A stretch of 41,126 nucleotides of DNA from Basidioascus undulatus (Eukaryota). The notes under the pieces are model-generated. The model searched no databases and was not told the DNA's origin. It was given only the letters and a program-made list of their open reading frames with translations. The stretch covers positions 1-41,126 of the forward strand of contig JTLS01000030.1 of assembly GCA_000826855.1 (NCBI GenBank), in the 5' to 3' direction. The position numbers and the translations under genes were made by a program. Positions 1 to 15,364 of this stretch are shown here, in pieces; position 1 is the first letter of the stretch; the number at the start of each line of letters is the position of its first letter.

Positions 1-855
1 TTTGGGGGCCCCCCCACCCCCCCCCGCGTCATTCTGCCGTCAGCGCTCGACCCGAACTGCAAGGAGCATACAATCCAGGAGTCGTAGCTGAATGTGACCC
101 GGGGTTGATGTCAGCGGTAACAAGCAAGTCTGCCGGGGACACGTAGTGTGAAAATTGGAAAGAAGCACATACGCACAGCTTTGTGCACATCAGCACGGCC
201 AGCACGAGGAATGAGGATCGCGGCGCAGGCTTTATCGAACGCCGCTGAGGTGTTGGGGCGCCGCTTGAGGCCATACTAAACCCTGGCTGCATGGGTGATC
301 CACGATACACGTTGCTCGAAATTGTACCTACATTCCTCAAATGTTGTGCAATAATTAACCTTGATTTTTAAGCAAGTGTGGTCGCCTGGTCAGTGCCTGT
401 ATATTGTTCCCCTGCAATGATCGTTGAACACAGTGGAGCTGCGCGGCTGCCCGGACGCCAACGGGATTGTCCTTTACTCTCAGCCTAAACTGAGTCAATT
501 TATTTGATGGACAAGTTATGAAAATTCCGGGTTAGTAATCGAGCGCTAGTTGAAAGTGGGTGAATCGCCAACGACTGTTTTGTTGGGCATCGAAGCTTGA
601 GGTACCGCTTGACCTTTCAGACATAACGTTGCGATCTTAAATTGTAACAATTTCTCCCAGTATCTTTCTGGGATTATACTAGGATTTTGGGCTGCGCTGC
701 ATGCGCTGGCGAGATGCGTACAGTTGTGGGCCAGAATTGGCCAGAAGCTGATGCTGTCTGCACTGCTTCCGACGCACCAGCTCCCCCTGAGTTTTGCCTT
801 CTCGCCCTCAAAGTGTTGGCGACTGGTCTCACGGTGCCATCGACCCACCGCAACG

Positions 856-1524
856 CTACAAAACGGGCGTCGAGAACATTTGTACCTCGCAACAACGTCC
901 AAGCGCTAAACACGCATCACCCAAAATATGAGAGCGCAAGAAGACAGAGACTCCCCCTCTCTCCCAAATGCTGCCCTCGACTGCCAGGCCCATCATCATA
1001 GAGGGATCAGCCCGGGACGAAACAATGGTCTCAATCTCCGGTGGCACGATCATTCCCAAACTCGTCCACCGAGAGGTCGCCAAGTGTTTCAAATGAGAGA
1101 GCATGCTCAAATCCAGCATGACGAACGCGACGTTGAAGCAGACTGATTCGGCGAGTCCCTTCAGGCTGCCAATGGCTGTCGAGAGCCGCGAGTGAATCGA
1201 CAGGTGGTATTTACGGGAGAACTAGAGAGCAAGACGCTTCAAATTCGGCTCGAAAAGGGTCAAGGCCGTGGCGAGCTGCATGTGTATCACGCCGACCCTG
1301 GCCGCAAGTGCATTGACGCTGAGGGAATGACAGAGAGCATACATCTGGTCTTCTCCGGAGATGACAATGGATTTGTAGAGGTGCTTGCCAGTTGATGGGC
1401 AGAAGCGAGCGTGAGACGAGGCAAAGCGTCACGAGGGTCGCCGAATCGCGGCGGTACGCAAATGGGTGCGACGGCTCTGCAGCCAGCTCACAGTGTGCGC
1501 CAGAACCTCGAAAGGTAGGCGAGG
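856..1524 (-). pseudogene. Degenerate F-box-like protein gene (basidiomycete expanded family)
   Basis: Stitching frames gives PRLPFEVLAH / ELAAEPSHPFAYRRDSATLVTLCLVSRSL / GKHLYKSIVI, the typical LPxE...LCLVSR...LY F-box-like pattern. It needs at least two frame changes and has an in-frame TAG at 1222-1224. Confidence 0.55.
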
Positions 1525-2408
1525 TGAGTTGATTTGGGCCGCTTCTTTGCAAGGTGGGTGATGGAGACGGTAGGCGCTGGAGGAGGCGGAAGTTGAAGCG
1601 GGGGAATGATGATGCTACGAGGCCAAGGCAGGCCTTTGTCACGCTCTCCCCACGCTCTCCACGCATATGACCACTCCAGGTCGGCGCTTACATTTCGCAA
1701 GGCTTACAGTAGGTAACTCTTTGTCAGCTTCCGAATCCTTTGGCCTTGTAGACATCTCCCACGCTCAACTTGTCATCGGGCGGTTGTTACAAGTTGCAAG
1801 GTCCTCAGAGACCAGAAATCATAGTAATATTGCAGTTAAACTTGAGATTGGATAAGCACCTCTGCCTCCCAGTATTGCCCTAGACTTGCAATTCCTCCAC
1901 TGTCATTCCTCCCTGCCTCCGCGCCTGCCTCCGCGCATGGCAGGGGTCATGAGTACTGGCGCTCGCTCCCTTACACAGCCGCCGTGTTCCACTCTGAGCT
2001 ACGGTCAGCTGGAGCGCGCGTCGTTTCTGCATGCTCGGGGAGCCCCTGACGATCCGCGCCGCTGGAGCGATTGCTCGAACCCGACCTTTGTTCCATGTGC
2101 GTTTGCAGACCCCGCCGACGGACACGCTTCTGGCCGTCTCTTGGACAATGTTCAGCTGAGAATCTTCAAAAGTAAAGCCTCCGCTGTTAATGGTACTCTA
2201 CTCTCAGCTTCAGGCTGCGCTTCAGAAGCTCGACGGAATTGGCGGTTCCGCGAAGCGCCTTGCATGCTAGAACATCCTCGTTCGAAAGGACGGTTTGAAG
2301 TGATAGAGAAGAGGACTGAAAGGCTGGATTGGATGTTGTGTCCAGACGATTCTCTGGGACACCCCCCCAGTATCTCTTGCGCTTCTCGAGGCACGATATG
2401 TATCTCAG

Positions 2409-2861
2409 CCCCACCTCCAACTGCGGCGCCGCGCTCTCGTACTTCTACGACCGCCTCGCGCCCCTCGGCGTCCCCACCCCCTTCACCCGCGGCGACCTGC
2501 AGAAGCTCGCGGCGGACGTGTGCGCGGGGCCGAAGCGCTGGGAGGCGCGCTGGGGCGATCGCAAGGAGGCGATGAAGGAGCTCAAGGACCGGCCCGAGTT
2601 CTGCTTGGACGTTACTTTCATGGCGCGTTTCCTCCGCCCTTCTATTCCCCTCTCCTGGCCGGCCCCACTTACCACGACCTCGAAATCTGATAACTGACCT
2701 GGCTATGGCGCAAGCAGAACGCCCTGCTTGGATTGGGGTACGAGCTCGGCCCGCAGCGCGAGCTGGGCGTGGGAAAGAAGATCGAGGGCGTCGAGCTCGG
2801 GTGGTGCCTGGGCGCGGGCATCGCGCTGATGGACTCTGCGCAGCTGACATGTGTCGCTTAG
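2409..2861 (+). pseudogene. Orphan 3' fragment of a GDA1/CD39 nucleoside diphosphatase gene
   Basis: Exon encoding ALSYFYDRLAPLG...DVCAG...DRPEFCLDVTFM, then intron 2623-2717 (GC-AG), then exon NALLGLGYELG...KKIEGVELGWCLGAGIALM...CVA* (TAG 2859-2861). This matches the C-terminus (ACR5, GWxLG) of fungal Golgi GDPases. No upstream apyrase regions ACR1-4 are visible. Confidence 0.75.
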
Positions 2862-3877
2862 AGCGCTCTCTTTCTTGTCCTCCCCTTTCCTTATGCCCGG
2901 TCGCATGTCCACGCTGTATTCCTACTTTCCCTTTCTTTCGAGTTACATCGCACGGTTCCCGTCCCTTTTTACTTAACATACAACCCATATAGATGGAGAT
3001 GCTCTGGAGACGCGTGCGCCGTGCCGTAGCTTCGTCATGCAGCACGCCGTTGCTCGGACATAGACTTTTGCTGTCTCTTCTTGCCTCTTCAACCCTGGCT
3101 TAAGAAGCGACGCGTAGCGGGTATGACGACGCCCCGTCAGAACGTATGGGTGCGACCGTGTGCCTACGCAGAGAGGTGCGTTTGGGTGCAGTTCGGGCAA
3201 GGGGTGCGCGGGAAAGCAAGATCGCACACGAACTACCCCCGAGCTTCTACTGTAATTGCGGGTAGGCTGAGTCCTCCACACGGACTCGTCTCGCTTTTGG
3301 ACCCTAGTCATACCTCCAACCGATAGCTTAAAGTGCGGGGAATAGTTCGCTGCGAAATCGCCGTTTTGCCTACCCCTTGGTTTGGGTGCGGATCTTCTCC
3401 GGAGAGTTCGGACTCAGACGCGTGGAGCGAGGAGACTCTCAGCGCTGCATATGACCGTCGCCGATGATAAAAACTACGAAGGTGCTGCAGGCTTTCTGGG
3501 GGCCGAACTGATCGTCGAAGCTAGGAGTACCCGGGCCGGACGCAGGCTCCAGCTGTGTAACGTTTTCGCCGAAGTTGCACCGAATGTGAGCCAAGGTGCT
3601 AAAGAAGGGCGATGAAGCCGATGAAGCTCACGAGACCTCTCTCTTCGATAAATCGTTGAGGTGAAATCCATTGCTTGATAGTGACGCTGTAAATATTAAT
3701 GCGAAGTTGAAGCCAGCGGCAACTTATCTTTCCCCGAGGACACTCCGCCGGGCGTCCGAGAGAGCACCCGGCGAAGGTTCTCGAGGAACGACGCTAGGAA
3801 AGACCACCACTCCCATAAAAGCCGGCAGAGATTGAAAGAGTTGCCCTTTTTTCCCTGAAACCCATCGCGTCCGTGCC

Positions 3878-6800
3878 ATGCGGACATTCAAGAACCTCAC
3901 TCATACCGCCGCGGGCGCCCTCACGCTCGCCGCAGTCTCCGTTGCGGCCACGCCTCTGAGCCGTGACGATGGCGGCGAGACCTGGGCACTGAACGACCCG
4001 ACACTGGCTTCCTGCCCGGGCTACCGCGCTCAGAACGTCAAGACCTGGGACTCGGGCTTGGAGGCTACGCTCAAGCTTGCTGGGAAACCGTGCAATGTGT
4101 ATGGGACGGACTACGACAAGTTGCGGCTGACTGTTGAGTATGAGAAGGGTGCGTTTTATTTCGCTTGGATACAGATGTATACGACAGGTATTTCAAAACT
4201 GAACACGTTGTCCCGTTCTGGCAGAGAATCGACTCCACGTCAAGTTGACGGACGCAGACGGCTACGCGCATACCGTCCCGCCCGAGGTCTTCCTCCGCCC
4301 TCAGAACAGCAACACCCCTTCGGCCCAGGCCAAGCTCACCTTCAAGCATGTCGACGAGCCGTTCTCATTCTCGGTTCATCGAGGAGACGAGGTTATCTTC
4401 GACACCGCGGGGTCTCCGCTCGTCTTCGAAGACCAGTACATTCGTCTCGCCACGAACCTGCCGGACAACCCCAACATCTACGGCCTCGGTACGTTTGAAA
4501 TGCCTACGTTCATAGAAAAAAGGGAGACTGACTAGGTATTCCAGGCGAGCACAATGATCCCTTCCGTCTGCCTTCTTCCAACGTGCGTATCGATCCATTT
4601 GTAACACATTCTCCCTTCCGATAGCAAAAGTTAACCTGTTCTCATTTCAGTTCTCTCGCACTCTGTGGGCTCGCGATTCCCCTGGGATTCCTATGGGGAC
4701 GAATCTTGTGAGTGAATTTCTCTTCTCCCTGCAGTTTTCATTTTCTAACCCCCTGTCAATCCCCAGTACGGCACTCACCCCGTATACTACGAGCACCGGG
4801 TGACTGCTGAAGGTCCCCAGACTCACGGCGTATTCCTCTTGAACTCGAATGGTGGGGTTTGTATCGCTTCAGACTCCACAAAGATTCCTTATGCAACTAC
4901 GTCTCCGCAGGCATGGACGTTAAGTTAAACGACACGAACGGCCACACTCTCGAATACAACGCTCTGGGGGGTGTGGCAGTCCCTTTTATTCCGCTTTCTG
5001 AATTATATTGACACGCTGCGACTGCAGGCGAATTCGACTTCTACTTTTTTGCCGGACCGTCCCCTATTGAGGTGACGAAGCAGTATGCGGAAGTGGCTGG
5101 ACTGCCTGCGGGCGTTTCGTATTGGAACTTCGGTCTGCACCAGGTTCGTCTGAACGGTCGGAAGCATCATTCTTCGTGGTACTGACGCGCATCTTGTCAT
5201 CAGTGCCGCTGGGGCTACAGGTACGCTGAGTGTTAAGCGCCATATGGCAGACCGCAGTATTGACGGTGTTCTGTGCAGGGACTGGATCGAGCTTAGTGAA
5301 GTGGTTGCCAACTACTCCGCGGCTGGTATCCCTCTCGAGACAATGTGGGTGCGTAGAATGTTTCAGATTCCCCGTTAAGCAGCAACGACGTGCGGCTTTC
5401 TGACATATTGCGGCACAACAGGCCGACATTGACTACATGCACGAGTGAGTAACCCAGGCTTGTTCTTAGCAATGCAGGGCAGATGTAACGAAAATCTTTT
5501 ATTTCAGTCGCTGGATCATGACTCTCGACCAGGAACGCTTCCCGACCGACCGTATGCGCCAACTGGTTTCCAACCTTCACGATGCGAATCAACACTTCAT
5601 CGTCATGGTGAGACGCCCAATTACCGAGATCGATATTGTGTTTTGCTGATGCTCTTTGCGTTTTGTGCAGGTCGACCCGGCGGTCGTGCGTATCTCTAGG
5701 TCGCAAACTCTAGTGCTCTATTGACGCGCGAAGATCACTCTTCAGGCCGTCCAAGACTACCCCACGTACAACCGGGGCGTTGAGCAGGACATCTTCCTGA
5801 AAAATGCGGACGGCTCGGTTTACATGGGCGTGGTGTGGCCCGGCCCCACTGCCTGGCCTGACTGGTTCCACCCAGCGGCTGAGGATGTAAGTTCGTCCAT
5901 TCGAAGTGAGAGACTGTATTTTCGGACTGAACTCTTATTTCAACAGTACTGGATAAACGAGTTCAAGCTTTTCTTCAACCCTGAAGATGGTATTGACATT
6001 GATGCGCTCTGTAAGCCTGTCTTTTCAGCTCATACATCAGATTGCGTTCTCTTACCGATGATTTTTCGTAGGGATCGACATGAACGAGCCTGTAAATCTC
6101 TGGAAGAATCGCATCTTTCATTAGTTACTTATCCTCTTTCAATCTGCTCTAGGCAAACTTCCAGTCGTCGCCGGACTCGGACGTCTACGAGGTCGCCGAA
6201 GAGCAGCAGGTGCCGCCTGTGCCGCCGCCCGTTCGCGACCCGCCTCGCCCCATTCCTGGGTTCCCCGACACCTACTCGGACAAGTTCAAGAGGGATAGCA
6301 ACAACAGCCCTGGTAATGGCAACGGCAAGGGCCCTGGGAAGAACTACCTGTACCCCAAGTATGAAATTAACAACGCGCTCAAGGTTTGTCGCATCCACTC
6401 GCCTTGTCCTTGCAAGCCGAAAACTGACCGTCTGTGGACATTAGTCGGGCGATCCGGGCCGCATGCAGATCTCTAACTACACTGCGCGTACCGAGTAAGC
6501 CACCCGCTCATTGTGCGTTCTTCTCTCTGGACCTGACCCATCAACGCTTGTCGGCAGCATCGTGCATTACGGCGGGGAAGTCGAGTATGATGTTCACAAC
6601 ATCTACGGTGCGCTCAAACGGCATTACAGTTACGGGGCTACACAGGCTTAAAATTTCTTCTCTTCGGAAGGCGCGATGATGTCGACGGCCTCCCGAAACG
6701 CATTGCTTGCTCGTCGTCCGAACATCAAGCCCCTCATTCTTACTCGCTCCACTTTTAGCGGCTCAGGAAAACATGTCGGTGAGCTCTACCTTTTCAGTAC

Positions 6801-8407
6801 TTTTTCTGCCAACCCTTTCCTGACCATTCTACGTCTTCGCTTTCAGGGAAATGGTATGTTCCGCTGCTACCGTTTGCGGCCCAGAACACATCAACTGAGA
6901 GACTCATGCTTACTCTTTCTTGGTATCTTCAGGCTCGGAGACAACTTATCCACATGGGACCAGTACATTCAAACTATTCGGATGATGCTCGGCTTCGCAT
7001 CTATATACCAGATGCCGATGGTCGGGGCGGACACCTGCGGCTGTACATTTCTGCGATTCGGTCCACACAGCCAGATCGCTAATGTGCGTGTCTCTGCCAG
7101 TCAGCCATAACACGACCGAGACTCTTTGCGCTCGTTGGGCAACTCTCGGTATGCATGTCTCCCTTTTGACCGGACTTGCTGTGTTGCTGAATGTTTTTTG
7201 ACACCGTGGTTCAGGTGCATTTGGACCGTTCTTTAGGTGTGGATTAGTTGCATCCCTTGCACGACCTTCGGCTGACCCCACGGACAGGAACCACAACGCC
7301 GAGGGCTTCCGTCCTCAGGAATTCTACAGGTGGAACCTCACCACCGAGGCTGCCAAAAACGCTCTCGACATACGGTACCGCCTGTACGTCCTTGAATCAC
7401 ATTCGAGTTCAGTGCTACAAATGCCCACTGCCGAGTCTACCCGTTCCGATAGGCTCGACTACCTCTACACTCGCTTCCACCACTCTGAGATTGATGGCAC
7501 GCCGGTCCTTGAGCCTCTCTTCTACGAGTATCCGGCCGATGAGAACACCTTCGGCATCGAAAACCAATTCCTATTCGGCGACCGCATTCTCGTCTCGCCT
7601 GTAGTGGAGGAGAACTCAACTTCGGTCGAGATCTACGTACGTCGAGGTTCTTGAGACACGTTTGAAGCCCAGCACTGATGCCGTCGTGCTCCAGCTCCCG
7701 GACGACGTCTTCTATGACTTCAAAACCTATGCTCCTGTGCGCGGCGCTGGCGCCAACATTACCCTTAACGTAGGTTTCACCCTCTTGACAAATTAGTGTC
7801 TTCGCAACATGCCTTACTGACTGCGCATTTTTCACTACAGGACATTGCGTTCACGGAGATTCCTGTGCACATTCGTGGCGGCTCGATTCTGTCCGTTCCA
7901 AGACCATTTTTCCCTATCCTATCCTGTCCTACCCTAACACTCTCCTCTACTGCAGTCCTCTTCGCTCCGAGAGCGCGATGACGACCACCGAAGTTCGCAC
8001 TAAGTCGTTCACCATTGCCGTCGCAGTCGGCCTCGACGGGACCGCAACTGGCGACTTGGTGATCGACGATGGTGTTTCAATCGAGCAGGCCGTACGGATG
8101 CCTTTCCGCACTTGTTGCCGGCCCTTCGTACTGACGGATCTTCTTTGGCATGCAGGCGACGACCCAGGTCAACTTCAGCTACGCGGCGAAGCGTTTGGAC
8201 GTTTCTGGCCAATTCGACTACACCGCGGAAGAAGCGCGGGTCGACACCGTCGTGTTTATGGGCGTCCCGAGCGCCCCGACGGAGGTCAGCGTCAATCAGC
8301 AGGCTGTCGATGCGTCTCAGATCGCCTACGATGCCGACTCCCAGTCCGTCGTGGTTAAAGGCTTGGACATTCCGCTTACCGGACCGTTTGTTATCATCCA
8401 CAACTGA
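3878..8407 (+). CDS. Secreted glycoside hydrolase family 31 alpha-glucosidase (multi-exon)
   Basis: Signal-peptide-like N-terminus followed by CPGY...G.PCNVYG.D. Spliced motifs: [29 protein letters not shown]...WPDWFHP, DALWIDMNEPANF (nucleophile), [21 protein letters not shown] (acid/base), [24 protein letters not shown]. Stop TGA at 8405-8407. Confidence 0.93.
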
Positions 8408-9173
8408 GCTCTCGGAATAGGAATGGAGGTTGGATTGTGATATGACTGTCATTTGAAGTTCTCTCAGGTTTGCCTGAAAGCGAACAAACACCCCAAGTCA
8501 CGGTCACTGCTCTTCAATTCGGTCCTACGAGACGGAATCTGGAAGATCAAAGCATTTCGTGGTATAAAATTGACATCTGCCCCTGCCTGACCCCCACCCG
8601 GTCCGCTGGAACAGAATCCCATGCCCTGCCAATGCCCGGTAGGAACTGTACAGCGTCTGCCAGACAAAGTGTTGTGCAATTTGCGAAGGGAATGCGGCCA
8701 ATTCTGACAGGTGTTCGTGCCACTCAATCGCATGCTGATCCCCCTCATTGCAGTCATGGCTCACGCACACTCCACTGTTCACAAGAGCCCATGTTCATCT
8801 GTACACTCTCAACCAGTCGCCCATGATGCTCCCGCCAAGACAGCGAGCTTCACCGACAATCGCCATTCCCAAACTTAAAAATCTCTACATCTGGCCGACG
8901 AGCTCTCCAAGAGGTGCCATGCCTCGCCACCATCGACATCTGGTTCCACAAGTGGGGTGGAGTGGTAGCCGACTCCCTAGACCGCTCCTTCCGCGACACC
9001 TACCTGAAGGCTGTCGTCCCCGGAGAGTGTAAGTCCGAGGTGTGGTTCCTCCTGTGCCTGGTCAGGGGTGGACTTCTCTGCCTCAAGTGGTCGCAGTGCT
9101 CCGATTTCGGTGGCGCGGAGAACCAGATAACACCCAGCGGTGCGACTCTCTGGGTTGGCTAGCCAACAGTCCC

Positions 9174-10097
9174 TCAGCCACTCCACCCACCCACCAACTC
9201 ACCAACTGAACCCGCACAGCACCGCTCCTCGTAGCCCCTAACATTCAGAACGGCATACCGCCTTCCCAAAAACCCAACCACCCACCACGCGTGCCTCAAC
9301 ACACACCGAATCCCGCAGCGAGCTTGCGAGCGGAGCGGTGAGGTTGTTGGGATGGAGCAGATGGTCCTGCACACGGCCTTCGGGTGCCGAACGTGCTTTC
9401 GGTGATACATACTCCTCAATGCGGCGCAGGTTCGGATTTCGAGGGACCCAAACACATCGGTGTTGTACTGGAAGGGACGGTAGAAGCGCACTGTCTGAAC
9501 ATTGCGCGAGGCGCAGGGAGTGTCCGAGGGCATAACTCGAGCGAGCTCCCGGAGAGCTCGCGTGCCGCCCCACGCTCAAGGATGTCGTTCAGATCTCGAA
9601 CCAGCTGAGCAGGACCCTCTGAATAGCCTTTTTGGGCTTGAAAAATCGAGGTAGTTCAGAAGGTCCAGCGTCCAAAGATTCAGAGCAACCTCAGTCGTGC
9701 GCAGATGCCTCAAGGCGTCCAAGACCTCGGGCCCGATGGCATACGTGTCCTCCCCCACGGTCATGTTGAGCTCGGTGCGGAAGATGTTGGGGCATGCCTT
9801 GAGGATACTAGCGATATATTTGCTCTCGATAGCGGTTGTTCGAATTGTGAGGTGTCGGCACGAAGGGAAACCGCCGACGTGGGCCGCCAAGGCGTGCTTG
9901 AGGAACGAATGGCAAGATGCGAAGTTGTGCCAGTATATTGCGCGATAGAGTATAGGCTTGGCGAGACGATGAGGCTCCTTGCAAACTAGAAGCGGCGAGT
10001 AGCGGCTGAAGGTGTATGACCATACCCGTTGCTGGAAGCTGGCATCCACGTCATTCACGAAGAACCCGAGCTTGTGATGTTCTTTCCCCAAGGACAC
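9174..10097 (-). pseudogene. F-box-like/LRR-like hypothetical protein fragment, probably degenerate
   Basis: ORF contains LLVCKEPHRLAKPILYRAI followed by LRR-like ILKACPNI. There is no ATG start, and the coding-like signal continues in another frame downstream. Confidence 0.4.
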
Positions 10098-10452
10098 ACA
10101 TAATTAAGTTAATAGACAATTACTTTTTGCTAGTCAAGTGTCGAAAGAAAATTGAAAGAAAATCGCTGGGCGCTGGGCAGCCTAGTTGGCAGGAATATGC
10201 CCCCTCAGTATTTTCCACTGGTAAGAACAAAGAAGCTGGATTCGGAACAGAGGTAGGAAAACACGAATATTACAGCGCGATGGTAAGGACGGCCAAGTCC
10301 ATTCGGGCCAGGGTCAATGTGGAAGACAAGAAGCAACACCACGGCATACCCAGTACGATCGTCGTCCTTGTCGTTTGACCAACCATCATAGTATACAACA
10401 CGCCATATCGAGAAGACGATACTGCAACGACGAGACACATGTCACAGCCAGT

Positions 10453-13370
<2,918 letters not shown>

Positions 13371-14072
13371 GGCGGCGGCTGAAGAGAGAAGACGTTCACA
13401 AGCGGGGAGGTTATCGAATCACAGCTTGCCTGGGAAAAGATGAGTCAACAGAAATGCCTCCGAGCGAATGCGACAGTTGCAACGAGCAGGGAAACCTTCT
13501 GCAAATTGAGTGCAATGCGAACAGAAGGTTTTGGCTGTCAATTATGACAATGCACAAAATTGAACGCCAGAGTTATTGGGCAGGAGCAGTGGAGCACTGT
13601 TGGCGAGGGTGTTGACGGCCCATTGGCAGGCTTGTTGGAAGGTGTATTCGGGAATAGCGGATGGGAGAAGACCTGATATTGCCCAGAAACCGATGCTATA
13701 GGGTGTGTAGATAATTAAGGGAAAGTGTGTACGACTCGATGGGGTAGAGTGATCAGCCGCGTGAGTGCGCCGGCTGTCGGCCGAGAACGGGTCGCGATGT
13801 AAAACACGATTCGAGGGACTTTGCTCTGCACGATGTCCATTACGAAGCCGAAAAACGATGCGATGGGTTCTGAGGACGAGACCGTTTCGTAGGCGGCAGA
13901 GCAAGAAGAGCATACGGCGGAGATGGTCAGGTGTGTCGGGACTTCCCAATCGCTGAGCCATGCCCCTTCGTTCCACCCCAACCTCTCCTGCCGCAGCTAC
14001 CATTCTTGAAAACCTTTCTTTCCATATTTTACCAGCACCCTAATCTTCACCTCCCGCTCTGTGCAACCGATC

Positions 14073-14659
14073 ATGTCTAGCGCCAATGGTACTCCAGTGT
14101 TCCTCGACGAAAGCAGGGCACAGGGTGCGTTGGTGCGTTGAAGCCCACCAGTTGGACTCCTCTGTTTACATATGGTGTTCTAACTCACTTTGGCTGGCTT
14201 TGTTAAGGGCTTGCCAACTACCCCCATGCGAGATTAGTCGGGAAGACGGTCTACGTATCAGGGACGTCCTCTCGTCAGGCGACGGGACTCACGAGGGGGT
14301 GAGTTTCTCCCTTTTTCCCTCTCTTTTCTCCCCATTCACCCACACCCAGCCCCCCTCCTAAACAGGTAACTCTCCACGACGACGGAACCTTCACCACCTA
14401 TGTCTTCGCGCAGATCGCGCAGTCCTGACTAACATTGCCTCGATCTTGGAGCTCGTGACGCCGCCACTCACGCACGCCCATGTCGTCGACGCCACGGTCT
14501 TCCTGGTTGACATGGACCACTATGCAGGGATGTAACAGCGCTTGGAACGAATTCTTCCCGGACCCCGCTGGGGCGCCCGCGAGAACGATGATCGCGGTGC
14601 ATCAGCTTCCCAATCCGAGATTGAGGGTCGAGATCAAGGTCACGGCTGTCGTTAGGTAG
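14073..14659 (+). pseudogene. RidA/YjgF/UK114 family (2-aminomuconate deaminase-like) pseudogene
   Basis: Reconstructs as MSSANGTPVFLDESRAQG|LANYPHARLVGKTVYVSGTSSR..DGTHEG|VT...AVLTNIASIL...VVDATVFLVDMDHYAGM-NSAWNEFF...APARTMIAVHQLPNPRLRVEIKVTA. It needs three frameshifts (about 14280, 14418 and 14533). Confidence 0.85.
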
Positions 14660-15364
14660 CTGTTATATTTTCGGAGGGTTATATATGGGAGGTCTGTGTG
14701 GAGAAACTAACTTTGGGAGCGAAACCTTGCATATGCATCGCGTTCATGACGAGGTAGTGTTGCGGTGCCATTTAGATCAATGCTCATGTTTGGCGTTCCC
14801 AGACGGATGCGTCTCAGATCCACAATTTTTTTACATTAAATCTTTAGGAGACTCAGGCTAATATCCAAGTACTGGATGGACTGGAACGCTCAACTACTTC
14901 ACTCCCAACGTCGCAGAAGGTGCACTTGCGCTGGCTGCTTAGCCAGCTACTTTCCTCGGCGACGACTGCAGCTTAAACTCTTCTTAAATATGGATAACAT
15001 GGAAAATGCCGAAATTGGTTCGTACCGCCGATTCCGGGCTTTTCTGTCTCAACCCAACACCTTGTCCGTCATGCTTCTCAACGCCGTGACGGTCCGCGTC
15101 GGCGTTCCGACGAGGCCGGACGAGTGGGGCTGAATTCGAGAGCCGGGATCGTGCCACTGGAGCAATTATTTGAGGTGATGTTTTCAACATCAAAAACTGT
15201 CAAATAGGTCGTCCGCATTAAGACTGGGCGCACAGCAGAGCGGGAGGCGAAAACATTGCGCAGCCTCCTCGCACATTTGGTCCGCCCGCCTCCTCGTTCG
15301 TTCGCACAAAGACCTTGCGCCTTCTGGACGTTTCCGTCAATCTCTTCCTCCATTGACCATCACC

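Noticed and set aside
1..27. G-run/C-run quasi-palindrome at the window start
   Set aside because: Low-complexity homopolymers at the edge with no matching terminus elsewhere, so a TIR or telomere call is not supported.
1912..1935. 12-nt tandem duplication CCTGCCTCCGCG x2
   Set aside because: Only two units; ordinary slippage.
2152..3045. Long antisense ORFs (this one, and others opposite ABZ1, UGP1 and the MFS gene)
   Set aside because: Shadow ORFs caused by GC-rich codon bias on the coding strand.
13542..14003. Minus-strand ORFs between ABZ1 and the RidA pseudogene
   Set aside because: No recognisable motif or consistent splice model.
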